From NCBI GenBank assembly GCA_027620075.1, contig JAQCEY010000008.1, forward strand, positions 32,504-96,503: a DNA stretch of 64,000 nt, read 5' to 3'. Shown in pieces: positions 27,117 through 39,062 of this stretch (positions are counted from its first letter, which is position 1; each line of letters starts with the position of its first letter). The DNA is from Pseudomonadota bacterium. GTDB taxonomy: Bacteria > Pseudomonadota > Alphaproteobacteria > Rickettsiales > UBA6187. The translations under genes and the position numbers were made by a program. A model generated the notes under the pieces. It saw only the letters and a list, made by a program, of their open reading frames with translations. It searched no databases and had not been told where the DNA came from.

Positions 27117-29942
27117 CTAATTCGCAAAAGATATCTTCACACTATTTTCATCTTGCTTCTTCTCGGCTACTCCCGCCGCCTGAACGTGAACCATGTCACT
27201 AGTCAATCCTGCTTCAAGCATAGCCGACCTAACCGCTATAGCCCTTTTTAAGGATATTCTCCTTGCGTTTTCTATCTTGTTACTTGATGCGTAACTAACT
27301 ATAGCTACTTTTTTATTAGAATCTTTTATATCCTCAACAAGCTTATTGATTTTTTTATTATCACTTTCGGTCAAGTCAAGCTGATCTTCATTAAAATCAA
27401 TTTTTAACAAACCTTCAGATTTTGGCGTAGCTGCAATGTTAGTTGTGTTTAACAATTCCATTTCGCTTGACGGAACAACTATTCTGTTGCCCACCAGTTC
27501 CGTAACTTTTGAAGGGATAGTACTATTTCCATTAACACTACCTACCGATGAAGAGCCTAAAACAGAACGGTTTATAACAACGTCATTAGGGTGTTTGTTC
27601 TTTTTTAATGTTTTAGCTATATCCTCAAGGTATAATATACCGTCACTATCCGTTACTGTTTGTTCAGGAGCTTTTTGTTCGGTATCTTCCTGTTTGAGTT
27701 CTTCACTTGATGATAACTCATCAGACTCTACGGGATTAGAAGACGGGCTACGCTTTAAGTCAACTTCCGCTTCTGCTTCAACTTTTTCTTCTTCCTTATC
27801 TTTCTTTAAAAGACTTTTAAACTTAGAAAGGTCTACTTCTTCCTTCTTTTCAGCCTCTTGGGCAGGCAAGGCTTTTAATCTGGCTTTTTCAAGAGCTTCT
27901 TCCCATTTTTCATCACTTATAGGGTCGTAATTCTTTTCATTTTCAATATTAGCCTGAGGAGATACTATAGGTGTCTTTTTCTCTGTGGAAACAACATCAG
28001 GAACTTTATTTACATTTTGTTGTTTATTCTCGGAGACTTTTTGTGTTTTTTCTTCAGTAATATTTTTAACTGCGGGAGCGGCTACATCTTCTTGTTTTTT
28101 CTTGTTTTTTTCAACTATCGGAACATTATCTGCCTCTTGAGTTTTTGAACTCCTTACAACAGGAATTACCGTTTTTTGTATCTTTTTAACATCAAAGGCT
28201 TCTTCTTTTAAAGGCTTAACTCTCGGCTTAGGAGTTTCTTTGCCGCCTTGTTCATTTTCAACGGGATTAGGCAGAATTATGTTCGTATTATTTCCTAATG
28301 CTGCAATATTCTCGTTTTTCTTTTTTATATCTGCGTCCAGAGTTTTCATAATATCTTCCGGCACGTTCCAATCACTTAAGTTACTAACGCCGTCCAAATC
28401 AACAGGCTTTGTGTAGTCTTCCGTATAATCCTGCACTATTTTATAAAGTTCGCTAACTTCAACAGGTATCAATGCTTTATTTTCTTCCTCAGGACTTTTA
28501 TATTCATTTATTTTTTGCGGAACATCAATTTCCTGAGTTTCATTTACTTCATTTTTTATGACATCAGGCTTTTGCTGCGGAGTAACTTTATCATTACTAT
28601 TACTGACTTTTATATTAAGCTTGTTTTGCTCTTGTTTTGCCTGCCCGCCCTCATTAAAAGAGAATAAGTCTTTTACTTTTTTATTAACAACACTGATAAA
28701 GCTATCTTCCTTTACAGGATCACTTTTCGTACTTATATCCTCGGATTTTTTAGGCTGTTTCGGCAAGTCATTTTTTGCGTTAGGTACATTTTTTATATCA
28801 TCGACTAATTCGGACTCGTTTTCGTACAGCTTAACTTCCTTCACATCGAGAAGTTCTTTTTCATAATCGTCATACTGTGAAAATTCGTCACTTTCAATAG
28901 CGTCTATATCATCATTAAAAACGGTATTCTTGTTCGGCAGCTTTTTAGGTATGTCGGACAATTCTGCCGGCTCCTGTAAATATTGACTCTTTTCATTAAT
29001 TACAGGTTTAGGCAATATTCTGTTTGTATATTCCTCTTCCTTTTTTTCGGATTCAGGGAAATTGTAGTAACTTACATTAGGAGAGGCAGTTTTATTATCG
29101 GCATTATTTTCACGCGGCACTTCCGTAACCTTAATAAAACTTTGTCTGCTTCCCGGCATTTGGTCAAAATATATCTCTTTAGCCGGAGACTTTTCTTTGC
29201 TTAGTTCAACCACTTCGTTATCGTCCTTATAAGACTCGTTTCTTTGGTTTTGTTCACTTCCGGGCTTTAACCTCGGAAGCAAAAGATTATCAAGAACATT
29301 CTCGGTTGATTCGGCTACAGTCAATGGCGATGAGGTAACTTTCTCAGTGCTATACGGCTTTGATATCGGAGATGGCAGGGAATCTTGTGAGTTGTATTTA
29401 TCGGCTATTTCATTTCCGATATTAAGATCTTGCCACACTTGATTAGGATTTTTCCAAACCTGCTGATTAGGTTGCCTTGTCGGAAGCTGTTCTATATAAC
29501 CCTGATATTGTTGAGGTTGTCTTTCAACATACGGGTCATTTTGACGGACGTTAGGATTATAGCTTTCAGGATATCTTTTCTGCGGTTGATTATTAACATA
29601 ATCATTTTGCTTATAATTACCGGAATTATTATAATTATTAGCATTATTACTCGCAACGGCTCTTCCTTGCGATTCTTGCATCGCCTTATATTGAGCCTCT
29701 TTTATTCTGCGCTCTTCTTCTTTTAGTCTTGCTATTTCCCTGTTCCGCAGTTCTTGTATTACGGCAAAGTTAACCACGACCGAAGGTAGCTCAACACCGG
29801 TTCTAAAACTTCTGGAATACGCTGAATCTGCATTATAAACACCCGTGAATAAGAAAGTGCTTAACAACAAATTTAATTTAAAACCGTATTTTATTTGCAT
29901 TTTTGTACCCTGAATAACCGTTTTGGCAAAGTAGTATAACAA
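27117..29942 (-). CDS. Large secreted low-complexity protein with a C-terminal OmpA/MotB-like domain
   Basis: 941-aa ORF. The likely start is the ATG at 29900 (MQIKYGFKLNLLLSTFLFTGVYNADSA signal peptide). Coiled-coil segment, Q/N/P/Y-rich segment, long E/K-rich region, and a C-terminus VAIVSYAS...ENARRISLKRAIAVRSAMLEAGL resembling OmpA_C with GHTD replaced. Confidence 0.7.
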   Translation of the reverse strand: MLYYFAKTVIQGTKMQIKYGFKLNLLLSTFLFTGVYNADSAYSRSFRTGVELPSVVVNFAVIQELRNREIARLKEEERRIKEAQYKAMQESQGRAVASNNANNYNNSGNYKQNDYVNNQPQKRYPESYNPNVRQNDPYVERQPQQYQGYIEQLPTRQPNQQVWKNPNQVWQDLNIGNEIADKYNSQDSLPSPISKPYSTEKVTSSPLTVAESTENVLDNLLLPRLKPGSEQNQRNESYKDDNEVVELSKEKSPAKEIYFDQMPGSRQSFIKVTEVPRENNADNKTASPNVSYYNFPESEKKEEEYTNRILPKPVINEKSQYLQEPAELSDIPKKLPNKNTVFNDDIDAIESDEFSQYDDYEKELLDVKEVKLYENESELVDDIKNVPNAKNDLPKQPKKSEDISTKSDPVKEDSFISVVNKKVKDLFSFNEGGQAKQEQNKLNIKVSNSNDKVTPQQKPDVIKNEVNETQEIDVPQKINEYKSPEEENKALIPVEVSELYKIVQDYTEDYTKPVDLDGVSNLSDWNVPEDIMKTLDADIKKKNENIAALGNNTNIILPNPVENEQGGKETPKPRVKPLKEEAFDVKKIQKTVIPVVRSSKTQEADNVPIVEKNKKKQEDVAAPAVKNITEEKTQKVSENKQQNVNKVPDVVSTEKKTPIVSPQANIENEKNYDPISDEKWEEALEKARLKALPAQEAEKKEEVDLSKFKSLLKKDKEEEKVEAEAEVDLKRSPSSNPVESDELSSSEELKQEDTEQKAPEQTVTDSDGILYLEDIAKTLKKNKHPNDVVINRSVLGSSSVGSVNGNSTIPSKVTELVGNRIVVPSSEMELLNTTNIAATPKSEGLLKIDFNEDQLDLTESDNKKINKLVEDIKDSNKKVAIVSYASSNKIENARRISLKRAIAVRSAMLEAGLTSDMVHVQAAGVAEKKQDENSVKISFAN

Positions 29943-30028
29943 AAAAATATAACAATTAAACTAAAAAGTAAATTTAGATACAAAAGGATACAACGAAAAC
30001 AAATTATACTAAACAAGAATTTTACTAT

Positions 30029-30826
30029 TTAACAAAGTTTTTTCATGAGCAACGGCTCAATGTCAGCGTTTGATGCAATGATACTATTGTTTTCAAACAT
30101 TTTCTTTTTACCGTTAATATCACAAACAACGCCCTTTGCCTCACTGATAAGCAGAACGCCTGCCGCTATATCCCACGGCTTTGCACCGTTATGAATGAAA
30201 CAGTCGAATTTTCCTGCAGCGGTATATGCGATAGCCAAAGCAGTTGAGCCTATACAGCGTGTTGCCATAAATTCTTGTGTAATATCGCTATTTTCCTTGA
30301 TGTCCGTACTAAATGACCCCACCGAAAGCAATGACTCGGATAATTTAGTTCTGGAGCTTACTCTTAATCTTGTCGAGCCGTTTGTATCAGCTGTTTCAAG
30401 CCACGCCCCAAGCCCCTTAGCCGCCCAAAAAGTTTCTTTTAATATAGGGGCTTCGGTTACACCTGCAATAATTTCCCTTTGACCGTTGGGTAATTTTTTT
30501 TCAAGACCGATAGTAATGCAAAAATACGGAAAGCCATGCATAAAATTGTTTGTTCCGTCTATCGGGTCGATAATCCAGCAATATTCCTCATCAGAGCCTT
30601 TAATAAAGCCGACCTCTTCGGATAGTATAGAATACCCTTCTCTTGCTTTTTGCAGCTCTGCGATAAGTATAGACTCTGCCTTTAAGTCGGCAGAAGTGAC
30701 AAAATCTCTTGCACCTTTTTTTGAAACCTGCAAATTCTCCACTTCGTAAAAGTCCCGCACCACACGTCTTGATGCCTTACGAATGGCGTCCATCATTATC
30801 TTTACTACCGCAGGGTATGTTTCCAT
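30029..30826 (-). CDS. suhB: Inositol monophosphatase family protein
   Basis: 265 aa. ILSEE and WIIDPIDGTNNF motifs. Confidence 0.88.
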   Translation of the reverse strand: METYPAVVKIMMDAIRKASRRVVRDFYEVENLQVSKKGARDFVTSADLKAESILIAELQKAREGYSILSEEVGFIKGSDEEYCWIIDPIDGTNNFMHGFPYFCITIGLEKKLPNGQREIIAGVTEAPILKETFWAAKGLGAWLETADTNGSTRLRVSSRTKLSESLLSVGSFSTDIKENSDITQEFMATRCIGSTALAIAYTAAGKFDCFIHNGAKPWDIAAGVLLISEAKGVVCDINGKKKMFENNSIIASNADIEPLLMKKLC

Positions 30827-30832
30827 AAATTA

Positions 30833-31399
30833 TTAATCCTTTGCTCTTTCAACATACTGACCGTCAGCAGTTTTTACTAAAACACGGTTGCCTGCCTCAA
30901 CAAAGGTAGGAACCATTATCCTGACGCCGTTGGAAAGAATGGCAGGTTTATTAGAAGATGCTGCCGTCTGACCTTTCACCACGGCATCTGCCTCAACCAC
31001 TTCAACCACCACTTCTTCAGGCAATTCAACTGCAATCGGTTTGTTTTCATAGCTAACAACCGTAATCATCATTTCATCTTGCAAGAATGCCACAGGCTCA
31101 CCTACTAAATCAATAGGAACATGCACCTGCTCATAACTATCTAAGTCCATAAGGACAAGCTCCTCGCCTTCAGTATATAGATATTGATATTCTTTTTCGT
31201 CAAGATGTGCGCGTTCAACATCTTCGCTTGACCTGAACCTTTCATTAAGCTTAGTACCGCTTTGTATGTCTTTCATTTCAGTCTGAATATACGCACCGCC
31301 TTTTCCCGGTTGCGTGTGGGATATTTTTGAAACAACCCATAGCCTATTATTATAAACAAGAACATTACCCGGACGGATATTATTTGCACTCATTTTCAT
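30833..31399 (-). CDS. efp: Elongation factor P
   Basis: 188 aa. HTQPGKGGAYIQTEMKD loop and EF-P layout. Confidence 0.93.
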   Translation of the reverse strand: MKMSANNIRPGNVLVYNNRLWVVSKISHTQPGKGGAYIQTEMKDIQSGTKLNERFRSSEDVERAHLDEKEYQYLYTEGEELVLMDLDSYEQVHVPIDLVGEPVAFLQDEMMITVVSYENKPIAVELPEEVVVEVVEADAVVKGQTAASSNKPAILSNGVRIMVPTFVEAGNRVLVKTADGQYVERAKD

Positions 31400-31630
31400 A
31401 TTTGTAACTCCAAAACCAATAGATATTTTATCAGTTGCACATCATATGCAAAACAATAAATTTAACAATCTATATTTTAGGGATTATTAAATCGGCTGTT
31501 TTCGTTAATTGTAAATAAAAGTATCTGCATGGCTAATAAACACTATCTTCTGAGTCAATTTTGATTTGAGCCTGAAAAGTTGTTTGCCTTTGCATGGTGG
31601 GAGTAAAAACTCAGTCCTGCGGGGGGCTTT

Positions 31631-31981
31631 TTAATCAATAACCTTCAAAACATTCTCAGGCGGTCTGCCTATTGCTGCTTTTGAACCGTTTACTACAATA
31701 GGGCGTTCAATAACTTTCGGATTTTTTTGCATTAAGGAAATTATTTCATCTTCGGACAGGTTGTTATTATCAAAGCCTGCCTCTTTATATATATCCTCTT
31801 TTTTACGTAGGATATCCCTTGCACTTATACCAAGCGATTTTATAATTTTTTTTATCTCGTCTTTAGAAGGAGTATCCGCAAGATATTCGACCACTTCAGG
31901 CTCAACCCCGTTATCCTTTAGAAGCTGTAAAGTCTGACGGGATTTTGAACATCTGGGATTATGATATATAACAACACTCAT
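31631..31981 (-). CDS. arsC: Arsenate reductase, glutaredoxin-coupled ArsC family
   Basis: 116 aa. IYHNPRCSKSR (catalytic Cys), ILRKK, IERPIV and GRPPE match the R773 ArsC catalytic Cys/Arg positions. Confidence 0.8.
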   Translation of the reverse strand: MSVVIYHNPRCSKSRQTLQLLKDNGVEPEVVEYLADTPSKDEIKKIIKSLGISARDILRKKEDIYKEAGFDNNNLSEDEIISLMQKNPKVIERPIVVNGSKAAIGRPPENVLKVID

Positions 31982-31997
31982 ACTTTATCCGTTACAT

Positions 31998-33029
31998 TTA
32001 AACATTATTCAATATATATCCCAATATAAGTATTTGGGGCAAGGTTACAAGGGGTAAAAACATAGAAATCTTCCATGATTTTGTAGTTTCCTTTAGTGAC
32101 ATAATTTCGGTGTAGTCAGTTGAAACACCCGCCATCAGGAAGGTGAAAGTATTACCCGGTGCCTTTCCCCTATTCATTATATCGGCAGCTATCGGAGTTG
32201 AACCTTCCGAACAAACTTCTATTATCGTTGCCGCAACTAAAGTTAAAAGCAGACCTGCAACAGTCGGTCCGAATAATGCGTGAAAGTTATCCGCAGATAC
32301 AAAAGTTCTTATCAAAGCCGCTAGCAAAACACCAAACAATATCCAGCGTACTATCATTCGTGAACTTTTTACTCCTGAAATCAAAACATCTTTGATAAAT
32401 AACATGTTAATATCAGACATTGAAAATTGTTTTTTAATTTCTTTGAAAAAATCAAAATTATCAGGCAAATCTATTTTATTAGGATTTTGCGGAAGAATCT
32501 TTTTGTCTTCCAACTTGTTAAATATAACCCCCGAAATAACGGCAATGACAAAAGACAGCAACAGAAACGTTAATGTCCATTTGAATCCGACTAATGCAAA
32601 AAGTATGAATGTTAATGAAAAAGAATTCCATGGGCTGGCTATTAAAAAAGCCATCGTCTGACCAAGGCTTGCCCCTCTTTCATATAATTTCATTCCTACA
32701 AGCAATATACCGTGACTGCATAAGTCCAGCAACACGCCCGCACATGTGGCACGCAATATAGAGCCTAGCCCTCTTTTACTACCCAATACCGATATTACGA
32801 AATCACGTGGTATTTTATCAAGAATCCCTACAAATATAATGCCGAGAAGAACTCCCCACCACATCTTGTTGAGCAACTCGAAAACCGCACCGGACATATC
32901 ATTTAAAATTGACATATCAGATATTTGAGCTGAAAACATCAAGTGAAAAAAATATAACGGGACAATACATATTATGCTTCCCCATAATATAATATCTAGC
33001 TTCTTTTTTTCGCTATGACAGTGTCCCAT
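31998..33029 (-). CDS. DUF318/ArsP-type permease
   Basis: 343 aa polytopic protein. Two-fold repeat with LCSHG...ASPWN and VCSEGSTPIA...AGVSTD motifs typical of the predicted-permease (ArsP_1) family. Adjacent to arsC. Confidence 0.65.
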   Translation of the reverse strand: MGHCHSEKKKLDIILWGSIICIVPLYFFHLMFSAQISDMSILNDMSGAVFELLNKMWWGVLLGIIFVGILDKIPRDFVISVLGSKRGLGSILRATCAGVLLDLCSHGILLVGMKLYERGASLGQTMAFLIASPWNSFSLTFILFALVGFKWTLTFLLLSFVIAVISGVIFNKLEDKKILPQNPNKIDLPDNFDFFKEIKKQFSMSDINMLFIKDVLISGVKSSRMIVRWILFGVLLAALIRTFVSADNFHALFGPTVAGLLLTLVAATIIEVCSEGSTPIAADIMNRGKAPGNTFTFLMAGVSTDYTEIMSLKETTKSWKISMFLPLVTLPQILILGYILNNV

Positions 33030-33041
33030 AAAACCAACACT

Positions 33042-35480
<2,439 letters not shown>

Positions 35481-35718
35481 TTAACTTATATTAACTTCTA
35501 TTTTCTTAAGCTGACCTCAGCCTAAAAAACATACAGCCTAATCAAGCCAACCGCAAGGAAAATGAAAGATTTTATAATACAAATACAATCTTTTTTCAGT
35601 TAAAAAACTTAAACTAATATAAAACTAAATATACAGCGAAACATCATTGCCTTTTAGTAACAAATATAATATAAGAATATCTTAATTATAGTAATTTTGT
35701 ATTTAATTTACCTATATT

Positions 35719-35819
35719 GTCATTCCACGAATTTTGTTAGTAGAACAAAATTATAGTGGAATCCACACTCTAAAAAGTTAGGAAACTTTTTAGAGTACGC
35801 AGATTAAATCCAAAGTTAC
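35719..35819 (+). repeat. Palindromic multi-hairpin intergenic repeat, subfamily 1 (copy B)
   Basis: gtcattccacgaattttgttagtagaacaaaattatagtggaatcca, then the perfect 12-bp-stem hairpin ctctaaaaagtt-agga-aactttttagag, then ...caaagttac. Matches the reverse complement of 12238..12331. Confidence 0.85.
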
Positions 35820-35843
35820 TATGTTTTTAACTTCGGGAGCAAA

Positions 35844-36518
35844 ATGTTCGGGCAGAATCCAATTCGCAAACCTGAAAAAGGTGACGGCTCAATATTACAG
35901 GTGCAGGAGATTTTTCCTACGTTTCAAGGGGAAGGGCCTTTTGTAGGTCACCCTGCAATTTTCATAAGGCTGGGCGGCTGTAACTTAGCTTGCGACTTTT
36001 GCGACACTGAATTTGAAACCTTTGCAGACAAATCTATAGATGAAATCGTTGAAACTGCAAACAACTTTTCAGGAAAGGGTAATAATAATTTCACTCATAA
36101 ACTAATAGTTATAACCGGCGGAGAGCCTCTTCGGCAGCCAATAGAAAAGCTCTGCGAGGAATTGATAAATAACGGTTATAAGGTGCAAATAGAGACTAAC
36201 GGCACATTATACCGCAATGTACATAAAGATGTCAGTATAGTTTGCTCGCCCAAGACAACAAATAATTACGCCCCCATTCGTGAAGACCTTCTGCAACGAC
36301 TTGATTGCCTGAAATTTATTATCTCGGCAACGCACCCTCTATATCAGGACATAGGCGATGTGGGGCAGCATAAATATAATATACCCGTGTATATCCAGCC
36401 TATGGACGAATTAAACGCAAAAAAGAATCAGAACAATCTGGAATACGCTATAAGGCTTGCATCGAAAAACGGCTATAATATATCACTGCAAACACATAAA
36501 ATTATCGGCATTGAGTAG
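35844..36518 (+). CDS. queE: 7-carboxy-7-deazaguanine synthase (radical SAM)
   Basis: 224 aa. IFPTFQGEGPFVGHPAIFIRLGGCNLACDFCDTEF is the QueE signature. Confidence 0.85.
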   Translation: MFGQNPIRKPEKGDGSILQVQEIFPTFQGEGPFVGHPAIFIRLGGCNLACDFCDTEFETFADKSIDEIVETANNFSGKGNNNFTHKLIVITGGEPLRQPIEKLCEELINNGYKVQIETNGTLYRNVHKDVSIVCSPKTTNNYAPIREDLLQRLDCLKFIISATHPLYQDIGDVGQHKYNIPVYIQPMDELNAKKNQNNLEYAIRLASKNGYNISLQTHKIIGIE

Positions 36519-36565
36519 AATATTTTATAATTTTAGGCTATCATTTTTATAAAAAAAATGCTATA

Positions 36566-36838
36566 ATGCAAATTATGGATAAGAAAATTGTAACTATTTC
36601 ATGTTTAACTCTGGTGTTTGTGCTATTTGCCAATAATGAGGCAATAGCTGCAGCTAATGCGTGCAGTTCAGGCTCATCGCAAGTATTTAGTCCGTTAACT
36701 TACTATATAGCTTTATTATATATGGCAGCTTGCCTGTTTTTTCCTCAGTTGAAAAACGCTGTCAAAAGACAAGTGAATAATATAAAAAATTCATTTGTTA
36801 AAGTGGAAGCTCCTACGGTAAAAGAATCAAACGTCTAA
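36566..36838 (+). CDS. Hypothetical small secreted/membrane protein
   Basis: 90-aa ORF with a signal-like N-terminus and a second hydrophobic segment. Its 3' end overlaps the convergent gene by 12 nt. No motif support. Confidence 0.3.
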   Translation: MQIMDKKIVTISCLTLVFVLFANNEAIAAANACSSGSSQVFSPLTYYIALLYMAACLFFPQLKNAVKRQVNNIKNSFVKVEAPTVKESNV

Positions 36839-37414
36839 AGAAGCTAAGTCTTCAACCGTATCAATATCGGCTAAAGCCTCAAGGGCTAACACGTCTCCTA
36901 AATGCTCTATTTTTCGGGAAAGATTTTCCATAGTATCATTTTGGCTATATTCAACACTGACCCACAAATCTTTAGGAATCGGCTTGTTACCGCCAAACAG
37001 ATAAAAACCGCCATCAAAGGTAGGGCCAAAAACAAATCTGCCTTCTTTGGCTATTTCAGCGGCACAATTTATATGTTCGGGGCTGATATTAGGACTATCC
37101 GAACCTATTAAAATTACATATTCATGCTTTTTAAGCAGTGAGGTATAAATATTATGCATTCTCTCACCAAGACACCCCTCCCCCGTATAAACAGCCTTTA
37201 GGCTTTTCCACATCGCCTTTTCAACACCGGCTTCCTCTCCTACCGCCCAATAAGGCTCTATAGATTCATCAATATTTAACAATACGTCCTGAACATTCTC
37301 CACCATAGTGAGATATACTTCTTCAGCCCTTTGCTTGCCTATATCCTTTGCCAATCTTGTCTTAATAGGGGAAAGCCCCGGAGTCTTTACAAAACATGCT
37401 ACCGCACCACTCAT
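36827..37414 (-). CDS. DUF2064 / TIGR04282-type transferase-like protein
   Basis: FVKTPGLSPIKTRLAKDIGKQRAEEVY signature. I place the start at 37414 (MSGAVACFVKTPG), which forms an ATGA overlap with the upstream gene's stop. The ORF track extends to 37468. Confidence 0.7.
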   Translation of the reverse strand: MSGAVACFVKTPGLSPIKTRLAKDIGKQRAEEVYLTMVENVQDVLLNIDESIEPYWAVGEEAGVEKAMWKSLKAVYTGEGCLGERMHNIYTSLLKKHEYVILIGSDSPNISPEHINCAAEIAKEGRFVFGPTFDGGFYLFGGNKPIPKDLWVSVEYSQNDTMENLSRKIEHLGDVLALEALADIDTVEDLASLDV

Positions 37415-38193
37415 AAATTTACGCCTTTCATTAATTTTTTCCATTCGGGAAACGCCTGTGACAGCCACATTTTCTGATGACGCATTGTAATATTAAGCCA
37501 ACCGTTCTTTTTATATTTTCTTGAACTTGTCAATATAGTTCCACCCGTACAATAAATCTTAACACCTGCCTGCTTTGCGTGCCATACAAACAAATGATCC
37601 TCACCATATTCGGCGTTATTGGGAAAACCGCCTATCTTATCGAACAATTCTTTTTTGATACAAAACCCCTGATCCCCAAAAGGCGTCCTAAACAATTTTG
37701 AACGTAATCTTACACCTATCTCGTTTATTAGCATAAGATTAGGACCGTCACTCAAAAACCTTAAATTAAAATAATGAAGTCCTTGAGGGTATTTTTTTAT
37801 TGATTCTTTTAGACTTATGTAAGCATCTTTTGTAAATCTGCTATCTGCATGCAAAAACCATATAAACTTTGACGAAGCAACATCAGCTCCGGCATTCAGG
37901 CAATTCGCCCTCCCCGACTCGGAACGTATCCATTTTACCCTTTTGCCTTTTAAGTTGCTTACTAAATCAGGCAATTCGTCAAACGATGAGTCCTTCTCCG
38001 AAACTGAAAATATTATTTCAGTACCATAAGGCAGTGCATCCAAATCAGGTAATAATTTTTTCCACTCTTTATCCCATGATGCTATGGGAACTACTACCGA
38101 GACCAATTCATTTACTTTTTTGGATTTCGAGAGTTCCTCTACATCTTCATCGATTATAACAGCATCAATATTCTTAACATTTTCTTCACTCAT
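37411..38193 (-). CDS. Family-2 glycosyltransferase, TIGR04283 type
   Basis: 260 aa. VSVVVPI, GRANCLNAGA, WFLHADS, TPFGDQGF, YGEDH and TSSRKYKKNGW blocks, as I recall for the TIGR04283 family that pairs with DUF2064. Confidence 0.7.
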   Translation of the reverse strand: MSEENVKNIDAVIIDEDVEELSKSKKVNELVSVVVPIASWDKEWKKLLPDLDALPYGTEIIFSVSEKDSSFDELPDLVSNLKGKRVKWIRSESGRANCLNAGADVASSKFIWFLHADSRFTKDAYISLKESIKKYPQGLHYFNLRFLSDGPNLMLINEIGVRLRSKLFRTPFGDQGFCIKKELFDKIGGFPNNAEYGEDHLFVWHAKQAGVKIYCTGGTILTSSRKYKKNGWLNITMRHQKMWLSQAFPEWKKLMKGVNL

Positions 38194-38196
38194 ACC

Positions 38197-39045
38197 TCAA
38201 ACCCTTAATAGATTTAAAAGCTCTTTTTTGTCATCTGACAACGTATCATAAGGCGTAACAACCGCATCTTGCAAACTAATTCTGCAACCGCAATTATTAT
38301 CGGCAACTTCGCCACTTAGTATATTATTGAGGATTTCTTTTACTTTACCTACGCTTTTGCCATATCTTTTCATAACCTGCGACAAACTTACATGAGCCTC
38401 AGGCTCGTCCTGCCAGCAATCATAATCGGTTACTATACCTATAGTGCAGTAACACATCTGTGCTTCCCTTGCCAAAAACACCTCAGGGACATTCGTCATA
38501 CCCACAACATCAGCCTTAACCGCATTTTTAAGAAAGAAGCTCTCCGCCCTAGTCCCTAGCCTAGGGCCATCAACGCAGGCATATGTTTTTTCTTCATGTA
38601 ACTTTACATCAACGCATTCACTTGCTTTCTTCACAACAGATGTCAATTCTTTACAAACAGGCTCTGCACTTGAAATATGGGCGACTAGACCATCACCAAA
38701 AAATGTTTTTATCCTATTTCCTTTTATATGGTCAAAATACTGGTTAGAGATAACGATATCTCCGGGGGCCAGTTCCTTCTGTAGGCTCCCTATAGCCGAT
38801 ACGCTCAATATCTTTGTAGCACCCAGCTTTTTTAATGCCCATATATTAGCCCTGTAATTTACCTCATGCGGCAAAATAGAATGGCTCTTACCATGTCTTG
38901 GGAGGAAAAAAATATCCCTATCCCCGTATTTTGCATGAGTAATTACATCAGACGCACTCCCAAAAGGAGTCTCAACCGTTTTTTCGCCTACAATCTCTAC
39001 TCCGTCTATGGAATAAAGACCAGTGCCTCCTATTATCGCCAACAT
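38197..39045 (-). CDS. mtnP: S-methyl-5'-thioadenosine phosphorylase-like purine nucleoside phosphorylase
   Basis: 282 aa. IIGGTGLY, FLPRHG..H.I.PHEVNYRANIWALK and VVGMTNVPE motifs of the MTAP/PNP family 2. Confidence 0.82.
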   Translation of the reverse strand: MLAIIGGTGLYSIDGVEIVGEKTVETPFGSASDVITHAKYGDRDIFFLPRHGKSHSILPHEVNYRANIWALKKLGATKILSVSAIGSLQKELAPGDIVISNQYFDHIKGNRIKTFFGDGLVAHISSAEPVCKELTSVVKKASECVDVKLHEEKTYACVDGPRLGTRAESFFLKNAVKADVVGMTNVPEVFLAREAQMCYCTIGIVTDYDCWQDEPEAHVSLSQVMKRYGKSVGKVKEILNNILSGEVADNNCGCRISLQDAVVTPYDTLSDDKKELLNLLRV

Positions 39046-39062
39046 GACTTTACCATCTTTTA

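Noticed and set aside
27436-29726. Several 70-165-aa plus-strand ORFs (27436..27930, 28558..28866, 28983..29204, 29430..29726)
   Set aside because: All lie antisense to the 941-aa low-complexity gene. They are repetitive S/F/L-rich translations generated by the complementary E/K codon bias.
35844-36518. Radical SAM gene as a possible ArsS partner of the nearby TIGR04282/04283-type genes
   Set aside because: Its size (224 aa) and the FQGEG...IFIRLGGCNLACDFCDT signature identify it as QueE. ArsS-type enzymes are larger and have a different cluster motif.
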